DNA from: a candidate division WOR-3 bacterium
Lineage (GTDB): Bacteria; Hydrothermota; Tepidihabitantia; Tepidihabitantales; DTDR01
Direction of reading: 5' to 3'
Assembly: GCA_025060715.1 (NCBI GenBank)
Contig: JANXBG010000003.1
Location: forward strand, 412 to 64,411
Length of the DNA stretch: 64,000 nt
Positions 60,956 through 64,000 of this stretch are shown piece by piece (the stretch's first letter is position 1; each line of letters begins with the position of its first letter). A program made the position numbers and the translations under genes. The notes below the pieces were generated by a model. It worked only from the letters and a program-made list of their open reading frames with translations, did no database searches and had not been told where the DNA came from.

Positions 60956-63527
60956 AGAGAGATTAACCCCTCTTTTAGCTCAATATCACCAAATTAAGAA
61001 AAAATATCAAGATGCGATTTTACTCTTTCGTTTAGGTGATTTTTATGAAATGTTTTATGAGGATGCAAAAATTGCTTCTAAAATTTTAGGACTTACCTTA
61101 ACTTCCCGTTCTTATGGAAAAAGTGAAAGAATTCCTTTGGCTGGAATTCCTTACAAATCTTTAGATAGCTATTTAGAAAAATTAATAAAAGCTGGTTATA
61201 AGGTAGCTATCTGTGAACAATTAGAAATTCCCGAAACTTCTCAAAAAATTATTAAAAGGGAGGTAGTGGAGGTTATAACTCCCGGTGCAATTTCTCGACC
61301 TTCTCTTTTAGAAGAGAAAAAAAACCATTTTCTTCTTTCCCTTTATTTAGAAGAAAATTGTGGAATTGCTTATTGCGATATCTCTACCGGTGATTTTTAT
61401 GTTGCTTTAATTAAAAAAGAAGAATTAAAAGAAGAGTTATTAAAAATTGAACCAAAAGAAATTATCTATCCTCAAGATAAAAAAGAGATCGAAGAGATGT
61501 TAAAAAAAGATTTCTGTCTCACCCCCCTTGAGCCTTATTATTTTTCTTACGATTTTGCTTATGAAAAAATAAAGAAAGTTTTTAATGTTACTAATTTGGT
61601 AGGTTTTGGTATAGAAGATCTTTTTGAAGTTATTTCGGCTGCTGGGGCTTGTCTCTATTATCTAGAGGAAAATCAAAAAGGCGCTTTAAATAATATCTCT
61701 AAAATTACTTATCAAGAGTTAAAAAATTATTTAGTTCTTGACAAACCAACCAGAAGAAATTTAGAATTGTTAGAGAGGATCAGTGATAATAGTGTAGAAG
61801 GGTCTTTATTATCGGTGATTGATAAAACTTTGACTCCTCAAGGTGGTAGGTTATTAAGAAGATGGCTTTTATACCCATTATTAGATATTAAAGAAATTAA
61901 TGAGCGTTTATCAGCAGTAGAGAAGATTTATTCTTCCTATTCTTTAATGAAAGATTTAGAGAATATTTTAGAAAAAATTGGTGATATTGAAAGGATTGCT
62001 TCCCGGATAGCAACCGAAAGAGCAAATGCTCGTGATTTGGTAAATCTTAAAGAATGGTTAAAATTCTCAATTCCCTTAAAAGAGTTATTACTTGCTAATG
62101 ATAATGAGCGATTGCAGAATTTAGGGAAGAAAATCGCCAATTTTGGTATTATTATTGAAAAAATTGAAAAGACAATTGTTGAAGAAGCACCTTTGACAAT
62201 TACTGAAGGAGGAATTATTAAGGAGGGGGTTTCTGAACTTCTTGATGAATTGCGAACCCTTTCTCAAAATGCCAAAGATTATATTTTAAAAATTGAAGAA
62301 AAGGAGAGGAAAAGAACCGGTATTCCTACTTTGAGAATTGGCTATAATTCAGTTTTTGGTTATTATATTGAAGTAACAAAATCTTATATTAAATATGTTC
62401 CTAAGGATTATATCCGAAAGCAAACTTTATCCAATGCTGAAAGATTTATTACACCGGAATTAAAAGAATACGAAACAAAAATTTTAACTGCTGATGAAAG
62501 GATTAAGGCTTTAGAATACGAAATTTTTATTAATTTAAGGAAAGAGATAAGTAAAGAAATAAAGGAAGTGTTTGAATTTGCTAAAGTGATTGCGGAAATT
62601 GATGTCTATCTTTCATTGGCAAAAGTGGCTAAAGAGAGGAATTATGTAAAACCAATAATAGATGAATATGATGAAATTGTTATTAAAGATGGCCGCCATC
62701 CGGTAGTGGAAGAACAGTTAGGTGAAAGTTTTATTCCTAATGATACCTATTTAAATAACACTACCCATCAAATTCTATTAATTACTGGTCCTAATATGTC
62801 GGGAAAATCTACCTATTTAAGGCAAGTTGCTTTGATTGTTATTCTCGCCCAAATGGGTTCGTTTGTTCCGGCAAGTTATTGTAAAATAGGAGTGGTGGAT
62901 AAAATTTTCACAAGAATCGGTGCTTCGGATGATCTTTCTCGGGGGGTCTCAACCTTTCTTGCTGAAATGCAAGAAACAGCTAATATTCTTAATAATGCAA
63001 CTGAAAGAAGTTTAGTAATTTTAGATGAAGTTGGTAGAGGAACTGCTACTTATGATGGTTTAGCGATTGCCTGGGCAACAACCGAATATCTTCATTCCCA
63101 TCCAAAAACAAGACCAAAAACTATTTTTGCTACTCATTTCCACGAACTTACTGATATTGCTCGTTATTTACCAAGGGTAAAAAATTACACTTTTTTAGTA
63201 AAAGAACAAAAAGATGAAATTATTTTTTTAAGAAAACTTGTAGAAGGTAGTAGTTCCCGAAGTTATGGAATAGAAGTGGCAAAACTTGCTGGACTTCCTA
63301 AGGAAGTGATTGAAAGAGCAAGGGAAGTATTAAGATATTTAGAAAATGGTGAAGAAGTAAGTTTAAGAGGACTAAAAGATAGAAACCCTTTACAATTAAC
63401 TTTATTTTATCCGATTGAACACCCGATTTTAGAAGAATTAAAAAAATTAAACCTTAATGAACTTTCACCTCTGGAAGTTTTTCAAATTGTTCTTAATTGG
63501 CAGAAAAGATTAAAAGAAGAGAAATAA
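60948..63527 (+). CDS. mutS: DNA mismatch repair protein MutS
   Basis: The start is set at MSKERLTPLLAQYHQIKKKY (ATG 60948, overlapping the lapB-like stop). It has GDFYEMFYEDA, Walker A (ITGPNMSGKSTYLRQ), Walker B (LVILDEVGRGT) and FATHFHEL. Confidence 0.95.
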   Translation: MSKERLTPLLAQYHQIKKKYQDAILLFRLGDFYEMFYEDAKIASKILGLTLTSRSYGKSERIPLAGIPYKSLDSYLEKLIKAGYKVAICEQLEIPETSQKIIKREVVEVITPGAISRPSLLEEKKNHFLLSLYLEENCGIAYCDISTGDFYVALIKKEELKEELLKIEPKEIIYPQDKKEIEEMLKKDFCLTPLEPYYFSYDFAYEKIKKVFNVTNLVGFGIEDLFEVISAAGACLYYLEENQKGALNNISKITYQELKNYLVLDKPTRRNLELLERISDNSVEGSLLSVIDKTLTPQGGRLLRRWLLYPLLDIKEINERLSAVEKIYSSYSLMKDLENILEKIGDIERIASRIATERANARDLVNLKEWLKFSIPLKELLLANDNERLQNLGKKIANFGIIIEKIEKTIVEEAPLTITEGGIIKEGVSELLDELRTLSQNAKDYILKIEEKERKRTGIPTLRIGYNSVFGYYIEVTKSYIKYVPKDYIRKQTLSNAERFITPELKEYETKILTADERIKALEYEIFINLRKEISKEIKEVFEFAKVIAEIDVYLSLAKVAKERNYVKPIIDEYDEIVIKDGRHPVVEEQLGESFIPNDTYLNNTTHQILLITGPNMSGKSTYLRQVALIVILAQMGSFVPASYCKIGVVDKIFTRIGASDDLSRGVSTFLAEMQETANILNNATERSLVILDEVGRGTATYDGLAIAWATTEYLHSHPKTRPKTIFATHFHELTDIARYLPRVKNYTFLVKEQKDEIIFLRKLVEGSSSRSYGIEVAKLAGLPKEVIERAREVLRYLENGEEVSLRGLKDRNPLQLTLFYPIEHPILEELKKLNLNELSPLEVFQIVLNWQKRLKEEK

Positions 63528-63532
63528 AATAA

Positions 63533-64000
63533 TTACAATTGTCTAAACTCTTCAATAGGTATTTCTTTTATATTTCTCATTAAATAGATATTCATTAAAA
63601 AAAGAATTATCATCCAGACTAAAAGTATTATTACCGAATTTAAAGGATGAAGTAATTGAAATTCTCTAATAACTTCACCCCATTTAAAAGGGATTGGTTT
63701 TCCTAAATATGCATAAGCTGTTAAAGTATATATATTATTGAATGGTGAGGTATATATTATAGTTTTATCAGCAACACCAAAAACTTGAAGATAAACTAAG
63801 GCATAACTTATCATCATTGGAAAAAAGGAGACTAACCGAACAGATTTAACTTTTTTTATAAGTATAAGAATAAAAATAATTGCCGCAGCTAATAAATAAT
63901 AGAAGACACCACCCATACCAATAACTAAAAAAGCAGTTACCGGCATCGCTGGTGAAAGATTAGTAGAGAAGGCACGGCTAAAAATTCCGTAAGTAAAAAT
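63533..64000 (-). CDS. membrane protein, unknown function (frame remains open to the right edge)
   Basis: The ORF-track Met is at 63946. The same frame continues upstream without a stop to position 64000 (...IFTYGIFSRAFSTNLSPAMPVTAFLVIG...), so the gene may start outside the window. Several TM segments are present. Confidence 0.35.
   Translation of the reverse strand: MFTYGIFSRAFSTNLSPAMPVTAFLVIGMGGVFYYLLAAAIIFILILIKKVKSVRLVSFFPMMISYALVYLQVFGVADKTIIYTSPFNNIYTLTAYAYLGKPIPFKWGEVIREFQLLHPLNSVIILLVWMIILFLMNIYLMRNIKEIPIEEFRQL

Overview
This is a visibly AT-rich chromosomal segment (roughly 30% G+C by eye, not computed) from a diderm bacterium with a type IX secretion system. It looks like an uncultivated FCB-like lineage, but taxonomy cannot be resolved from sequence alone. 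The window spans the replication-origin region. dnaA (22601-23914, minus) is flanked by TTTTCCACA DnaA boxes, and coding strand switches from almost all minus (118-20911) to mostly plus on the right. Housekeeping genes make up most of the window: dxs, ispA-like, folD, alaS, recX, recA, murJ, thiE, csp, dnaA, surE, pepP-like, efp, accC, iscU, rpsP, trmD, miaB, mutS and tRNA-Ala(CGC). Accessory content includes a 1773-aa SprA-like T9SS translocon and four secreted repeat proteins with Por-type C-terminal sorting tails. It also holds a cell-envelope operon, a TonB-receptor operon, an archaeal-type pdaD/deoxyhypusine-synthase-like pair and two radical SAM genes. No CRISPR array, transposase, integrase, prophage or recognisable defence system was seen. 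The signals most worth a second look are listed here. (1) A dispersed intergenic repeat family has three clear and three degenerate copies; the three clear copies, and apparently the degenerate ones, sit upstream of and co-oriented with an operon-first gene or transcription unit. (2) Ten operon-first genes have near-consensus -35/-10 hexamers only 5-8 nt from the start codon, implying leaderless mRNAs. (3) A decayed partial copy of the 41125 radical SAM gene lies at 13.6-14.0 kb. (4) A promoter-plus-terminator unit at 45.59-45.70 kb predicts an ~80-nt sRNA. (5) One T9SS cargo consists of tandem nitroreductase/SagB-like domains. (6) EF-P has Gln where the normally modified Lys/Arg sits. All function calls come from motif recognition by eye; no database search was run.
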